A DNA stretch of 61,743 nt, from the NCBI GenBank assembly GCA_964488835.1, contig CAZAVX010000002.1, positions 56,243 through 117,985 on the forward strand, given 5' to 3'. The DNA comes from an uncultured Iamiaceae bacterium (GTDB lineage: Bacteria; Actinomycetota; Acidimicrobiia; Acidimicrobiales; SKKL01). Positions 1-10,419 of the stretch are shown one piece after another. The first letter of the stretch is position 1. Each line of letters opens with the position of its first letter. Below the pieces are notes generated by a model. It had not been told where the DNA came from, ran no database searches, and worked only from the letters and a program-made list of their open reading frames with translations. Both the position numbers and the translations under genes were made by a program.

Positions 1-42
1 TACTTCCAGTTCTGAGCCCCCCCTCCCGTTCTCCTCCCATCC

Positions 43-94
43 CCGAACTGTGAGTGTGAGCGGTCGCCACGCGACCGCTCACACTCGGAGAATC
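43..94. repeat. 52-nt palindromic intergenic repeat element, copy 1
   Basis: Perfect 16-bp inverted repeat GAGTGTGAGCGGTCGC (52-67) / GCGACCGCTCACACTC (71-86) around a CAC loop. It is flanked by CCGAACTG and GGAGAATC. A second copy of the same length and flanks is at 59051-59102. Confidence 0.75.
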
Positions 95-133
95 AGGGGT
101 GGGGGGCGCGCCTCGCCGACCGCGAGGATCGGG

Positions 134-1285
134 TCAGGGGAGGTCGGCGTCGGCTTCGATGAGGTCGAGGACGTGGCGGGCGAGGAGGTCGCCGCCGGCC
201 CGGGAGAGGTGGATGCCGTCGCCCTGGCGCATGTCCTGCACCCGGCCGTCGAGGCCGGGGAGGAACGCCTCGTACTGGCCGGCGTCGTTGGCGAACATCG
301 AATAGGTGTCGACGTAGCGCACCCACGGCCGACTCGCCGCCTCCTCCTGGTAGATGGCGTTGAGCCCGGCCATCCGCTCGGAGAACCCGGCCGACCGCAT
401 GATGGGCTGGCCAACCCAGTAGACGATGCGATCGCCGTCGGGGTCGCGCAACAGGTCCATCGTGCCGGCGACCCGGCGGCGGTACTCGTCGATCCATCCC
501 TGTTCGAGCGGCTGGTAGATGTCGCCCTCGGGGGTTTCGATGCCCTGGGCGTCGTTCGCGCCGAACATGATGACGAGCGCTTCGGGATCGAGCCGCTCGA
601 GCTCGGTGACGAGGTGCGCCGGCCAGTTGAAGTAGTCCGGACGGGTGAGGCCGGTGGAGATGCGGTAGTCGAGCGTGCTCGTCATGAGGTCGGTCTCGCC
701 GATGAACGCGACGAGCGACTGGCCGAACACCTGGGACATCGAGTCGCCGCCGACCCACACACGCAACGGCGACTCGGCCGTCGGCGTCCGCAACTCCGGC
801 TCGGGCGGCTGGGTCGTCGTGGTCGTGGAGCTGGTGGAGGTCGTCGGCGACTCGGTCTGCCCGTCGGGAGCCGTGGTCGGGGCCGAGGAGTCGTCGCCAC
901 CGCCCCCGGTGACCGGCGGGAAGTCGAAGTCGACGTCGGGGCCCGACGACGAGCGGCCCGTGAGGTCGTCGAGCCACTGCCGGGGCCGGTTCAGCGACAG
1001 GAAGTGGCTGACGTCCTGCACCGGATGCCACACCATCAGCGACACGTCGCGGGGCCACCCGAAGGGTTTGCGCTCGGCCTGGGCGACGAGGCTGTCGGCG
1101 TTCAGGAGCGCGCCGAGGACGAGGCCGATCACACCGACGAGCAGGACGCGGCCGGCGGGAACGGTCGATCCCCTGGGAGGAGGCGGGTCGACGGTCTCGG
1201 TGGACACCGCGAGGGATGCTACCGGCGCACCCCGAGGGGTCCGTGTCGCCCGGCGAGCACCGCTCAGCCGGGCGACGAGCGCCAC
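134..1285 (-). CDS. Membrane-anchored SGNH/GDSL-family hydrolase with a Thr/Pro-rich linker
   Basis: 383-aa ORF. N-terminal TM helix LLVGVIGLVLGALL. Low-complexity linker TTSTSSTTTTTQPPEPE. Block I motif VWVGGDSMS and C-terminal DGIHLS (D-x-x-H block). The start abuts the stop of the upstream aldehyde dehydrogenase. Confidence 0.8.
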   Translation of the reverse strand: MALVARLSGARRATRTPRGAPVASLAVSTETVDPPPPRGSTVPAGRVLLVGVIGLVLGALLNADSLVAQAERKPFGWPRDVSLMVWHPVQDVSHFLSLNRPRQWLDDLTGRSSSGPDVDFDFPPVTGGGGDDSSAPTTAPDGQTESPTTSTSSTTTTTQPPEPELRTPTAESPLRVWVGGDSMSQVFGQSLVAFIGETDLMTSTLDYRISTGLTRPDYFNWPAHLVTELERLDPEALVIMFGANDAQGIETPEGDIYQPLEQGWIDEYRRRVAGTMDLLRDPDGDRIVYWVGQPIMRSAGFSERMAGLNAIYQEEAASRPWVRYVDTYSMFANDAGQYEAFLPGLDGRVQDMRQGDGIHLSRAGGDLLARHVLDLIEADADLP

Positions 1286-2671
<1,386 letters not shown>

Positions 2672-2704
2672 GGTCTCGCTCCTACCCGGTCGTCGTCGGT
2701 CACA

Positions 2705-4480
2705 TCACAGGGCGTCGAGCTCCTCGGACAGCTCGAGCCAGCGGTCCTCGGCCGCCCGCCGCGCCTCGTCGACCTCGGCGAGCTCGCGACCGAGCGTCGC
2801 GAGCGCCTCGTGGTCGCTCCCCGCCGCCTCGACGGCGAGGGTGAGGTCGTCGTGGCGTGCCTGGAGCCGTTCGAGGTCGCGCTCGGCGGCCCCGAGCTCG
2901 CGCCGCACGGTCGACCGCGAGCGACCATTGGAGGTCCGGGCGCCCGACCGGTTCTTCCCCGTGGTCCGGGTGGCCGGGTCCGCACGCCTCGTCCCGCCCT
3001 CCGGCGACTCACCCGCAGAACCGGCCCGTCGGGCCGCCCGACGCTCGTCCTCCCACGCCGCGTAGCCCCCGGGGCGGCGGCCCGCCCGCCCCTTGCCGTC
3101 GAGCACGACGACGTCGGTGACGGTGCGCTCGAGGAACGCCCGGTCGTGGCTGACGACGACGAGGGCGCCCGGCCACTCGTCGAGGAAGTCCTCGAGGGTG
3201 CGGAGGGTGTCGACGTCGAGGTCGTTGGTCGGCTCGTCGAGCAGCAGCACGTTGGGCTTGGCGGCGAGCACCGTGAGCAACTGGAGCCGACGGCGCTCGC
3301 CACCGGAGAGGAGCTCGACGGGTGCCCACTGGGTGTCGGAGTCGAACCAGAACGCCTCGAGGAGCCGGGCGTCGGTCCAGTCGGGGTCGCGGTGGGGGCC
3401 GGCCACCACCTCGCGCACCCGGGCGGAGGGGTCGAGCTCGCGGGTGAGCTGGTCGTAGTAGCCGAGCGACACCGTCGTGCCGTGCTCGACCCGGCCTTCC
3501 AGCGGCGCGAGCCGGCCGGCCATGACGTCGAGCAGCGTCGACTTGCCGGTGCCGTTCACGCCGACGATGCCGAGCCGTTCACGGGGATCGAGCGCGAGGT
3601 CGAGGTCGCGGAACAGCCACTCGCCGTCGCCGTAGTGGTGGCCAACCCCGTGCAGCTCGACGACCCGGTCGCCGAGGCGGGGGGTGCCGAAGTGCAGGTC
3701 GAGATCGCCGGCGCGGGCCGCCGCCTCGGGGCGACCCTCGACGATGGCGGTGGCCGCGTCGATGCGCGCCTTGGGCTTGCGGGTGCGCGCCGGCGCACCC
3801 CGACGCAGCCAGGCGAGCTCGGCGCGGGCGAGGTTGCGGCGGACCGCCTCGGCGGTGGCGGCACGCTCCTCTCGCTCGGCGCGGGCCTCGAGGTAGCTGG
3901 CGTACCCGCCTTCGTGGACATGGCCGGTGCCCCGGTCGAGCTCGAGGATGCGGGTGGTGACCCGGTCGAGCAGGTGCCGGTCGTGGGTGACGAGGACCAG
4001 CCCGCCGGTGAACCTCGCGAGCCGGTCCTCGAGCCAGGCGATGCCGTCGATGTCGAGGTGGTTGGTGGGCTCGTCGAGGATCAACAGGTCGCACTCGGCG
4101 ACCAGGGCACGTGCGAGGGCCACCCGCTTGCGCTGCCCGCCCGACAGCTGCGACACCGGGCGATCGGCGAAGGGGCCCATCCCGACCCGGTCGAGCACCG
4201 CCGCGGCCTCCCACGACTCGCCGACCGCGGCGAGGGCCGTGCCCTCGGGCAGCGCCGCCTCCTGGTCGAGCATCGCGACCCGTGCGCCGCGGCCCCGACG
4301 GATCGTGCCCGACTCGGGTTCGAGCGAGCCGGCGAGCACCCGCAGGAGCGTCGACTTCCCCGTGCCGTTCAACCCGACGATGCCGAGCCGGTCGCCGGTC
4401 GACACGGTGACCGAGAGGTCCGCGAACAGAGAGCGCCCGGGCCGGCTCACGCTGATGCGGTCGCAGTCGACGAGGATCAC
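2705..4480 (-). CDS. ABC-F family ATPase (Uup/EttA-like, no membrane domain)
   Basis: 591 aa. Two Walker A motifs (GLNGTGKST, GVNGTGKST) and two ABC signatures (LSGGQRKR, LSGGERRR). C-terminal coiled-coil-like tail. No TM segments. Confidence 0.9.
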   Translation of the reverse strand: MILVDCDRISVSRPGRSLFADLSVTVSTGDRLGIVGLNGTGKSTLLRVLAGSLEPESGTIRRGRGARVAMLDQEAALPEGTALAAVGESWEAAAVLDRVGMGPFADRPVSQLSGGQRKRVALARALVAECDLLILDEPTNHLDIDGIAWLEDRLARFTGGLVLVTHDRHLLDRVTTRILELDRGTGHVHEGGYASYLEARAEREERAATAEAVRRNLARAELAWLRRGAPARTRKPKARIDAATAIVEGRPEAAARAGDLDLHFGTPRLGDRVVELHGVGHHYGDGEWLFRDLDLALDPRERLGIVGVNGTGKSTLLDVMAGRLAPLEGRVEHGTTVSLGYYDQLTRELDPSARVREVVAGPHRDPDWTDARLLEAFWFDSDTQWAPVELLSGGERRRLQLLTVLAAKPNVLLLDEPTNDLDVDTLRTLEDFLDEWPGALVVVSHDRAFLERTVTDVVVLDGKGRAGRRPGGYAAWEDERRAARRAGSAGESPEGGTRRADPATRTTGKNRSGARTSNGRSRSTVRRELGAAERDLERLQARHDDLTLAVEAAGSDHEALATLGRELAEVDEARRAAEDRWLELSEELDAL

Positions 4481-4616
4481 GACCGCAGGCTAACGACCCC
4501 CGTCGGGCGCGAGACGCGGCGAACGGCGCGCCCGACCGTTCCGCACCCCGGCGACCGCCGCGGGTACCCGGGCATCCACCGGCTCCGCGGGAGCCTCCCG
4601 GTACCCTCCCTCGACG

Positions 4617-5438
4617 ATGGCCCGCCCGCCCCGACTCACGCCCGATCCCCTCGACATCGACGGCAGTCGACGCGCCCCGTCGTGGCCGAAGATCGCGGTT
4701 CGCCCCGGCATGGTGGTCGAGCACCGACCGTCGGGGGCGGTCGGGGCCGTCGTCGAGATCGCGGCGGGCCGCATCACCATCCGCGACCGCCACGGCCGCG
4801 ACAAGCTCCTCCGGCTGGCCGACGGCGCGTTCCTCGTCGAGGGCCGGCCGTGCACGCTCGTCGTCGAACCCGGCCCTGCCGCTCGCGAGGTGACGGTCAC
4901 CGCCTCGGGCTCCATCGCCGTTCCCGATGCCCCTGCCCGGGTCGCCCGGGCGAGCCGCATCCTCGTCGAGGGCGTGCACGACGCCGAGCTCGTCGAGAAG
5001 GTGTGGGGCGACGACCTGCGGGTGGAGGGCGTGGTGGTCGAGCGGCTCGACGGCATGGACGACCTGCTCACGGTGGTGCGGAGCTTCGGTCCCCGCCCCG
5101 GGCGGCGCCTCGGGATCCTCCTCGACCACCTCGTCGAGGGCTCGAAGGAACAGCGCGCCGCGGCCGCGGTCGACCACCCCGACGTGCTCGTCACCGGCCA
5201 CCCCTACATCGACGTGTGGGCGGCGATCCGCCCGTCGGTCGTCGGCATCGACGCCTGGCCCGAGGTCCCGAAGGGCGAGCCGTGGAAGGACGGCGTCTGT
5301 CGTCGTCTCGGGGTCGAGGAACCCGGCCGGTTCTGGAAGCAGGTGCTCGGGCGGGTGACGAGCTACCGCGACCTCGAACCGCCCCTCGTCGGCGCCGTGG
5401 AGCAGCTCATCGACTTCGTCACCGAACCGTCCGGTTGA
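4617..5438 (+). CDS. Conserved actinobacterial hypothetical protein (DUF3097-like by recollection)
   Basis: 273-aa ORF with normal amino-acid composition and a preference for G/C at third codon positions, filling the gap between flanking genes. The central segment RILVEGVHDAELVEKVWG ... LDGMDDL resembles a TOPRIM-type E...DxD signature. The family name comes from memory only. Confidence 0.6.
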   Translation: MARPPRLTPDPLDIDGSRRAPSWPKIAVRPGMVVEHRPSGAVGAVVEIAAGRITIRDRHGRDKLLRLADGAFLVEGRPCTLVVEPGPAAREVTVTASGSIAVPDAPARVARASRILVEGVHDAELVEKVWGDDLRVEGVVVERLDGMDDLLTVVRSFGPRPGRRLGILLDHLVEGSKEQRAAAAVDHPDVLVTGHPYIDVWAAIRPSVVGIDAWPEVPKGEPWKDGVCRRLGVEEPGRFWKQVLGRVTSYRDLEPPLVGAVEQLIDFVTEPSG

Positions 5439-5444
5439 GTCGGG

Positions 5445-7016
5445 TCAGTCCGAGCAGCGCAGCTCACCGGCGGGCAGCTCGACGGTGAGCAGGTAGTCGA
5501 CGACGATGTCGTCGACGCACCGGTTACCCGACGCGAACGCCGTGTGGCCCTCCGCCTCGACGGTGAGGAGGACCGCGTCGGCGAGCTCCTCGGCGAGCGC
5601 GACTCCCCAGTCGTAGGGCGTGGCCGGATCGCCGGTGGTGGCGATGACGAGGATCGGCGGGGTGCCCGACACCTGGAACGGCTCGGCGGTGCCCACCGGC
5701 TCGACCGGCCAGTACTCGCACGGGTTGGGCGACGACACGAACACCGGCCCCACCCGTGGCGCCACCGCGAGCGTCGCCTCGGCGGCCGCAGCCTCCTCTT
5801 CGGGCGTGGGTGTCGGGCCGTCCATGCAGGAGTAGGCGATGAAGGCGCGCTGCAGGGTCGAGTAGGTGCCGTCGGGGCGACGCTCGTTGTACATGTCGGC
5901 GAGCCCGAGCAGGCGCGACCCGTCGCCCTCGTCGCGGGCCTCGGCGAGGGCCCGAGCCAGGTTCGGCCACAGCTCGGGGGTGTACATGGCGACGATGACG
6001 CCGGTCCACGCCAGGCCGACGGTGAGCTCCCGACCGTCGCGGTCGTCGGTGGGGAGGGGTTCGGCGCGGATCGACTCCATGAGGGCGTCGAACGACGCGC
6101 CGAGATCGGGCTCGGACGCGAAGTCGCACTTCGTCGAGCGACACCACTCGAACCACGCGTCGACCGACCGCTCGAACCCCGCGGCCTGGCCGGCGCTGAG
6201 ATCGGCGGCACCGACGCTGCGCGAGTACGCGCCGTCGAGCACGAAGGCGCGCACGCGTTCGGGGAACAACTCGGCGTAGGTCGCGCCGAGGTAGGTGCCG
6301 TAGGAGAAGCCCACGTAGGTGATCTGCTCCTCGCCGAGCGCCTTGCGGATCTCGTCCATGTCCCGCGCGCTCGCCTCGGTGTGGATGTGGGCGAGCAACT
6401 CGCCACTGTCCTCCTCGCAGCGCTCGGCGAACTCGCGGGCGAGCGCCTCGGCCTCCGCCTCCGCCTCGGGCGTCGGAGGGACCGGGTCCACGGCGAGGTA
6501 GCGGTCCATGAACTCGCCGTCGCCGCACTCGACCTGGGTGGACCGGCCGACCCCACGCGGATCCCACCCGACGAGATCGAAGCGGTCGAGCAGGTCGGAC
6601 GGCAGCAGGAAACCGATGAGCCCGACGAGCTCGACGCCCGAGGCGCCCGGTCCGCCGGGGTTCATGAGCAGCGGCCCGATGCGGCGATCGGGGTCGCGAG
6701 CAGGTCGGCGGGCGACGGCGAGCTCGATCGTGCCTGCCGAGGGGTCGTCGTAGTCGAGCGGAACCTCGAGGGTGGCGAACTCGAGGCTGCCCTCGCGGGT
6801 CCAGGAGACCGAGCCACCCGAACCCGGGTCGGTGTCGTCGGCGTCGTCCTGGTCGGCGGGGTCGGACGGGTCGGTCTGGCTGGCGGTCGTCGAGGTGATC
6901 GCGTCGAGGAATCGGGTGCCGCGGCCCGCCGAATCGTCGTCACCGCACGCCGTGGCGAGGAGGAGGATCGCGAGCAGCGCCGCGAGAAGTCGTGGACGGG
7001 AACCGGTCGGTGCCAC
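5445..7016 (-). CDS. Secreted lipoprotein, alpha/beta hydrolase (tripeptidyl-aminopeptidase-like)
   Basis: 523 aa. Signal peptide with lipobox LLATAC followed by GDDDS. Nucleophile elbow GFSYGT. Size and layout are typical of TAP-like alpha/beta hydrolases. Confidence 0.8.
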   Translation of the reverse strand: MAPTGSRPRLLAALLAILLLATACGDDDSAGRGTRFLDAITSTTASQTDPSDPADQDDADDTDPGSGGSVSWTREGSLEFATLEVPLDYDDPSAGTIELAVARRPARDPDRRIGPLLMNPGGPGASGVELVGLIGFLLPSDLLDRFDLVGWDPRGVGRSTQVECGDGEFMDRYLAVDPVPPTPEAEAEAEALAREFAERCEEDSGELLAHIHTEASARDMDEIRKALGEEQITYVGFSYGTYLGATYAELFPERVRAFVLDGAYSRSVGAADLSAGQAAGFERSVDAWFEWCRSTKCDFASEPDLGASFDALMESIRAEPLPTDDRDGRELTVGLAWTGVIVAMYTPELWPNLARALAEARDEGDGSRLLGLADMYNERRPDGTYSTLQRAFIAYSCMDGPTPTPEEEAAAAEATLAVAPRVGPVFVSSPNPCEYWPVEPVGTAEPFQVSGTPPILVIATTGDPATPYDWGVALAEELADAVLLTVEAEGHTAFASGNRCVDDIVVDYLLTVELPAGELRCSD

Positions 7017-7154
7017 CGCGGGCCTCCAGTCGGGGACGGGTCGTGCATCACCCTAGATGCCGACCTCGACCGGGGCGCGTGCGCCCTCCGCACCGGCTGG
7101 CACCGCCGGTAACCTGACGTCGCGCACCCCTGTGCAGCAGTCCTGGGAGGACCC

Positions 7155-8357
7155 GTGGAGACAGCCAGCATCCGACTCGGCCGCATCGCCGGCGTGCCCG
7201 TCGGTCTCTCCTGGTCGCTGCTCGTCGTCGCCGCGGTGTTCGCGCTGGGTCTTGCCGAGGGCCGCTACCCGAGCGCCGAGCCGGGCCACAGCGCCGCGGC
7301 GTACTGGCTCGCGGCGTCGGTCACGGTCGTGTTGTTCTTCGCGTCGGTGCTCGGCCACGAGCTGAGCCACGCCATCGTCGCCCGGCGCAACGGCATTCCC
7401 GTCGAGGGCATCACCCTCTGGCTGCTCGGCGGCATCGCCCGCCTGGGGGGTGAGGCCCGCGACCCCTGGGCCGAGCTGCGCATCGCTGGTGTCGGACCCC
7501 TCACCAGCGCGGTCCTCGGCGCCGGGTTCTGGGGCCTCGGGCTCGCTGCCGAGTCGGCCGACGCACCCGGTCTCGTCACCAGCGTGCTGTCGTGGCTCGC
7601 CCTCATCAACGTCGTGCTCGCGGCGTTCAACTCGGTACCGGCCGCACCGCTCGACGGCGGGCGGGTGCTCGCCGCCCTGTGGTGGTGGCGCACGGGCGAC
7701 CGCACCCGCGGGCTCGTCGGCGCGTCGCAGCTGGGGCGCGCGCTCGGCCTCGGACTGCTCGCCCTCGCCGCCTGGCAGTTCACGCGGGACGACCTGAGCC
7801 TCGCAGTGTGGACGGCCTTCATCGGGTGGTTCATCTGGCAGTCGGCGGGTGCCGACGCCCGCTCGGCGGTCACCCGCCATTCCCTCGCCGGGCTCACCAC
7901 CGTCGAGGCGGCGCGGCCCGATCCGCCCATCGTCGACGAGTCGGTCACCGTCGACGGACTCGTCGCGATGCTCGGCGACGGGGGCGACCACACCGCGTTC
8001 GTCGTCCGCGAGGCCGACGGGGTCCTCCGCAGCATCGTCACCCTCGACGAGATCCGCCGTGTCGCCCCCGCCCGCCGCTCCGAGGTCCGCCTCCGCGAGA
8101 TCGCCGTCCCCATCGCCGATCTCACCACCGCGTGGGCCACCGACTCGCTCCTCAGCGCCCTCGACCGGGTGCCCGGCGACCACCGGCCCGAGATCGTCGT
8201 CTACGACGAGCGGCTGTGCCTCGTCGGTGTCGTGAGCCGGGCCGACCTCGCACGGCTCGTCCACGCCGCGGCCAACGGCCGCGCGCCCCGGGCCCCCACC
8301 GTGCCGCCCCCGCCACCGCCGGGCCCGCACCACACCGACGTGCCGAGCGGCAACTGA
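7155..8357 (+). CDS. M50 (site-2 protease family) zinc metalloprotease with C-terminal CBS pair
   Basis: 400 aa. Multiple TM helices, HELSH zinc motif, NxxPxxPLDGG-like motif (NSVPAAPLDGG), then a soluble CBS-like region. GTG start at 7155 preceded by GGGAGGA. Confidence 0.85.
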   Translation: METASIRLGRIAGVPVGLSWSLLVVAAVFALGLAEGRYPSAEPGHSAAAYWLAASVTVVLFFASVLGHELSHAIVARRNGIPVEGITLWLLGGIARLGGEARDPWAELRIAGVGPLTSAVLGAGFWGLGLAAESADAPGLVTSVLSWLALINVVLAAFNSVPAAPLDGGRVLAALWWWRTGDRTRGLVGASQLGRALGLGLLALAAWQFTRDDLSLAVWTAFIGWFIWQSAGADARSAVTRHSLAGLTTVEAARPDPPIVDESVTVDGLVAMLGDGGDHTAFVVREADGVLRSIVTLDEIRRVAPARRSEVRLREIAVPIADLTTAWATDSLLSALDRVPGDHRPEIVVYDERLCLVGVVSRADLARLVHAAANGRAPRAPTVPPPPPPGPHHTDVPSGN

Positions 8358-8450
8358 GGAGTGACAACGGTGAGTGGGGCCGGCGCACCGCCGGTCCGAC
8401 TCGGCAACTGACCGTCAGCCGCCACGATCGGGGCCGCTAGGGTCCCGCCC

Positions 8451-9146
8451 ATGACCGATGCGCTCCAGGTGACCATCGACGGGTCGGTGGCCGTGCTGGC
8501 CCTCGACGACGGCAAGGTGAACGCCGTCGGGCACGCCGTGATCGACGCACTCCACGACGGCCTCGACCGGGCCCTCACCGAGGCCGGCGCCGTCGTGATC
8601 GCCGGACGACCCGGCCGGTTCTCGGGAGGCTTCGACCTCTCGGTCATGGGTGCCGGCGACAAGCCGATGCAGGACCTCGTCCTCGCGGGGGCCGAGCTGC
8701 TGCTGCGCCTGTACTCCCATCCCCAGCCGGTGGTGGCGGCGTGCACGGGCCATGCCATCGCCGCGGGTGCCTTGATGCTGCTCGCGAGCGACACTCGGAT
8801 CGGCGCCGAGGGCGAGTTCAAGATCGGGCTCAACGAGACGGCCATCGGCATGCCGCTGCCCGTGTTCGCCGTCGAGCTCGCCCGCGACCGCCTCGACCCG
8901 ACGATGCTCACGCGAGCCACCCTCCACGCCGAGCTCTTCGACCCGGCCGGGGCGGTCGCCGCCGGCTACCTCGATCGTCGGGTGCCCGCCGAGGCGGTGG
9001 TCGACGAGGCGATCGCCGAGGCACGGCGCCTGTCCGAGCACCGGCGCGGCGCGGTGTCGGCCACCAAGGCCCGCCTCCGCGGCGCCACGCTCCGACGCAT
9101 CCGCGCCACCCTCACCGACGACATCGCCGCGCTCACCCTCGGCTAG
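8451..9146 (+). CDS. Enoyl-CoA hydratase/isomerase (crotonase) family protein
   Basis: 231 aa. The N-terminal pattern VAVLALDDGKVNAVG ... VVIAGRPGRFSGGFDL is typical of the crotonase fold. Confidence 0.8.
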   Translation: MTDALQVTIDGSVAVLALDDGKVNAVGHAVIDALHDGLDRALTEAGAVVIAGRPGRFSGGFDLSVMGAGDKPMQDLVLAGAELLLRLYSHPQPVVAACTGHAIAAGALMLLASDTRIGAEGEFKIGLNETAIGMPLPVFAVELARDRLDPTMLTRATLHAELFDPAGAVAAGYLDRRVPAEAVVDEAIAEARRLSEHRRGAVSATKARLRGATLRRIRATLTDDIAALTLG

Positions 9147-9158
9147 CCGGCGAGTCGC

Positions 9159-9569
9159 TCAGCCCGGCTCGAGCTCGAAGGTCTCGGGGCCGTCGGGCAG
9201 CTCGACGACGAGGCTCGTGACGCGGAAACCGTCGCCGTCGGTGTCGTCGAGCTCGACGGTGACGCGGCCGAGTCGGTAGTCCTCGGTGAGGGCGAACTCC
9301 TCGTCGCCTCGACGAGCGACGCGCACGTCGGGCGGCAGGTCGTCCTCGTACATCCCGAGGTACCCACGGGCGGTCTCGCGGGCGGACTCGGTGGGGAACT
9401 CGTCGCCCGTCCCGTCGTCGAGGCCGGGATCGAGCCCGGGGTCGACGGTCGTGCTGACCGAGTCGTCGCCGTCCGCGCCCGGGCTCACCACGGGCTGCTC
9501 GTCGTCACCACAGGCGGAGAGCGCCACGAGCAGGAGCGCTGCCGCGGCAATGGAGAGAATGCGCCTCAC
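9159..9569 (-). CDS. Small lipoprotein, possibly peptidase-inhibitor I78-like
   Basis: 136 aa. Signal peptide with lipobox ALSAC followed by GDDE. The C-terminal segment VRVARRGDEEFALTEDYRLGRVTVELD resembles I78-family repeats. The family call is tentative. Confidence 0.55.
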   Translation of the reverse strand: MRRILSIAAAALLLVALSACGDDEQPVVSPGADGDDSVSTTVDPGLDPGLDDGTGDEFPTESARETARGYLGMYEDDLPPDVRVARRGDEEFALTEDYRLGRVTVELDDTDGDGFRVTSLVVELPDGPETFELEPG

Positions 9570-9654
9570 CGGAGTCCTTTCGTCGGGTCGGCCCGTCGGG
9601 CGGCGACGGGTTCACCGTTGTGACGCCCCCAGGGGCCGCGTGGTTCCCGGTCGT

Positions 9655-10311
9655 TCAGACCGCCCGGCAGTAGCGGAGGGCGAGCGCGGCGCGACGCGTC
9701 GTCGTGCGGTTCGGTCCCGAGCGGTGGAGGAGGGCGGGGTGGTGGAGCGACACGTCGCCACGGTCGAGCTCGACGGGCACCGCCGAACCCTCGTCGACCA
9801 GGTCGGCCGGGCTCGCCCAGCCGAACACGTTCGGCGGCTCGGACCGCGCCTCGAGCGGACGGGCGCCGAGCCGATGGCTCCCGGGCACCACCCACAGACA
9901 TCCGCTGGCCTCGGTGGCAGGGTCGACGGCCACCCACACCGTGACGGCCTCGCGGATCCCCCGCTCGGCCCACGGGTGGCCGTCCTGGTGCCAGAGCACG
10001 GGGAGGGTCGACCCGGTGGGTTTCACGAGGTACGTGAGACCGAAGGCGCGGACCGGCTCGTCGAGCACCAGGGAGGCCAGCTCGACGAACACCGGCTCGG
10101 CCGCGAGCGACGCCGCCACCGGATCGAGGTCGAGCGGGGGTGCCGCGAGACCTGAGCGGTCGACCTCCAGCGACGCGAGGTGACCGTCGATCCGCTCGAG
10201 CAGATCGGTCGGGACACACGCTCGGACGACCGCGTGGCCGGCGGCCCGGTACCGGGCGGCGACCTCCGACGTGACCGAAGCCGAGTGCGAGTCGTGGGGA
10301 TCGACCTCCAT
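9655..10311 (-). CDS. Phytanoyl-CoA dioxygenase (PhyH) family Fe(II)/2-oxoglutarate oxygenase
   Basis: C-terminal 218 codons of the 603-aa ORF 9655..11466, starting at the ATG at 10311. HxD motif in LWHQDGHPW, a distal His in SLHHPALLHRSGPN and an Arg near the C-terminus. The upstream part of the long ORF is antisense to two good plus-strand genes and was discarded. Confidence 0.75.
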   Translation of the reverse strand: MEVDPHDSHSASVTSEVAARYRAAGHAVVRACVPTDLLERIDGHLASLEVDRSGLAAPPLDLDPVAASLAAEPVFVELASLVLDEPVRAFGLTYLVKPTGSTLPVLWHQDGHPWAERGIREAVTVWVAVDPATEASGCLWVVPGSHRLGARPLEARSEPPNVFGWASPADLVDEGSAVPVELDRGDVSLHHPALLHRSGPNRTTTRRAALALRYCRAV

Positions 10312-10419
10312 CGACGTGCGTTCTACCGCACCCGCTCCCACCGTGTCCGCACGGAGGGCCACCACCCCACAGGTGGGAGGACTAGCGTTCTGCCCGACAC
10401 TCGAACGCGAGGGGGCTTC

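Noticed and set aside
1-13. Possible LexA half-site at the window edge (minus strand AGAACTGGAAGTA) next to repeat copy 1, by analogy with copy 2 next to the dinB box.
   Set aside because: The second half reads AGTA rather than GTTC, and the sequence is truncated by the window boundary. This is not enough to call an operator.
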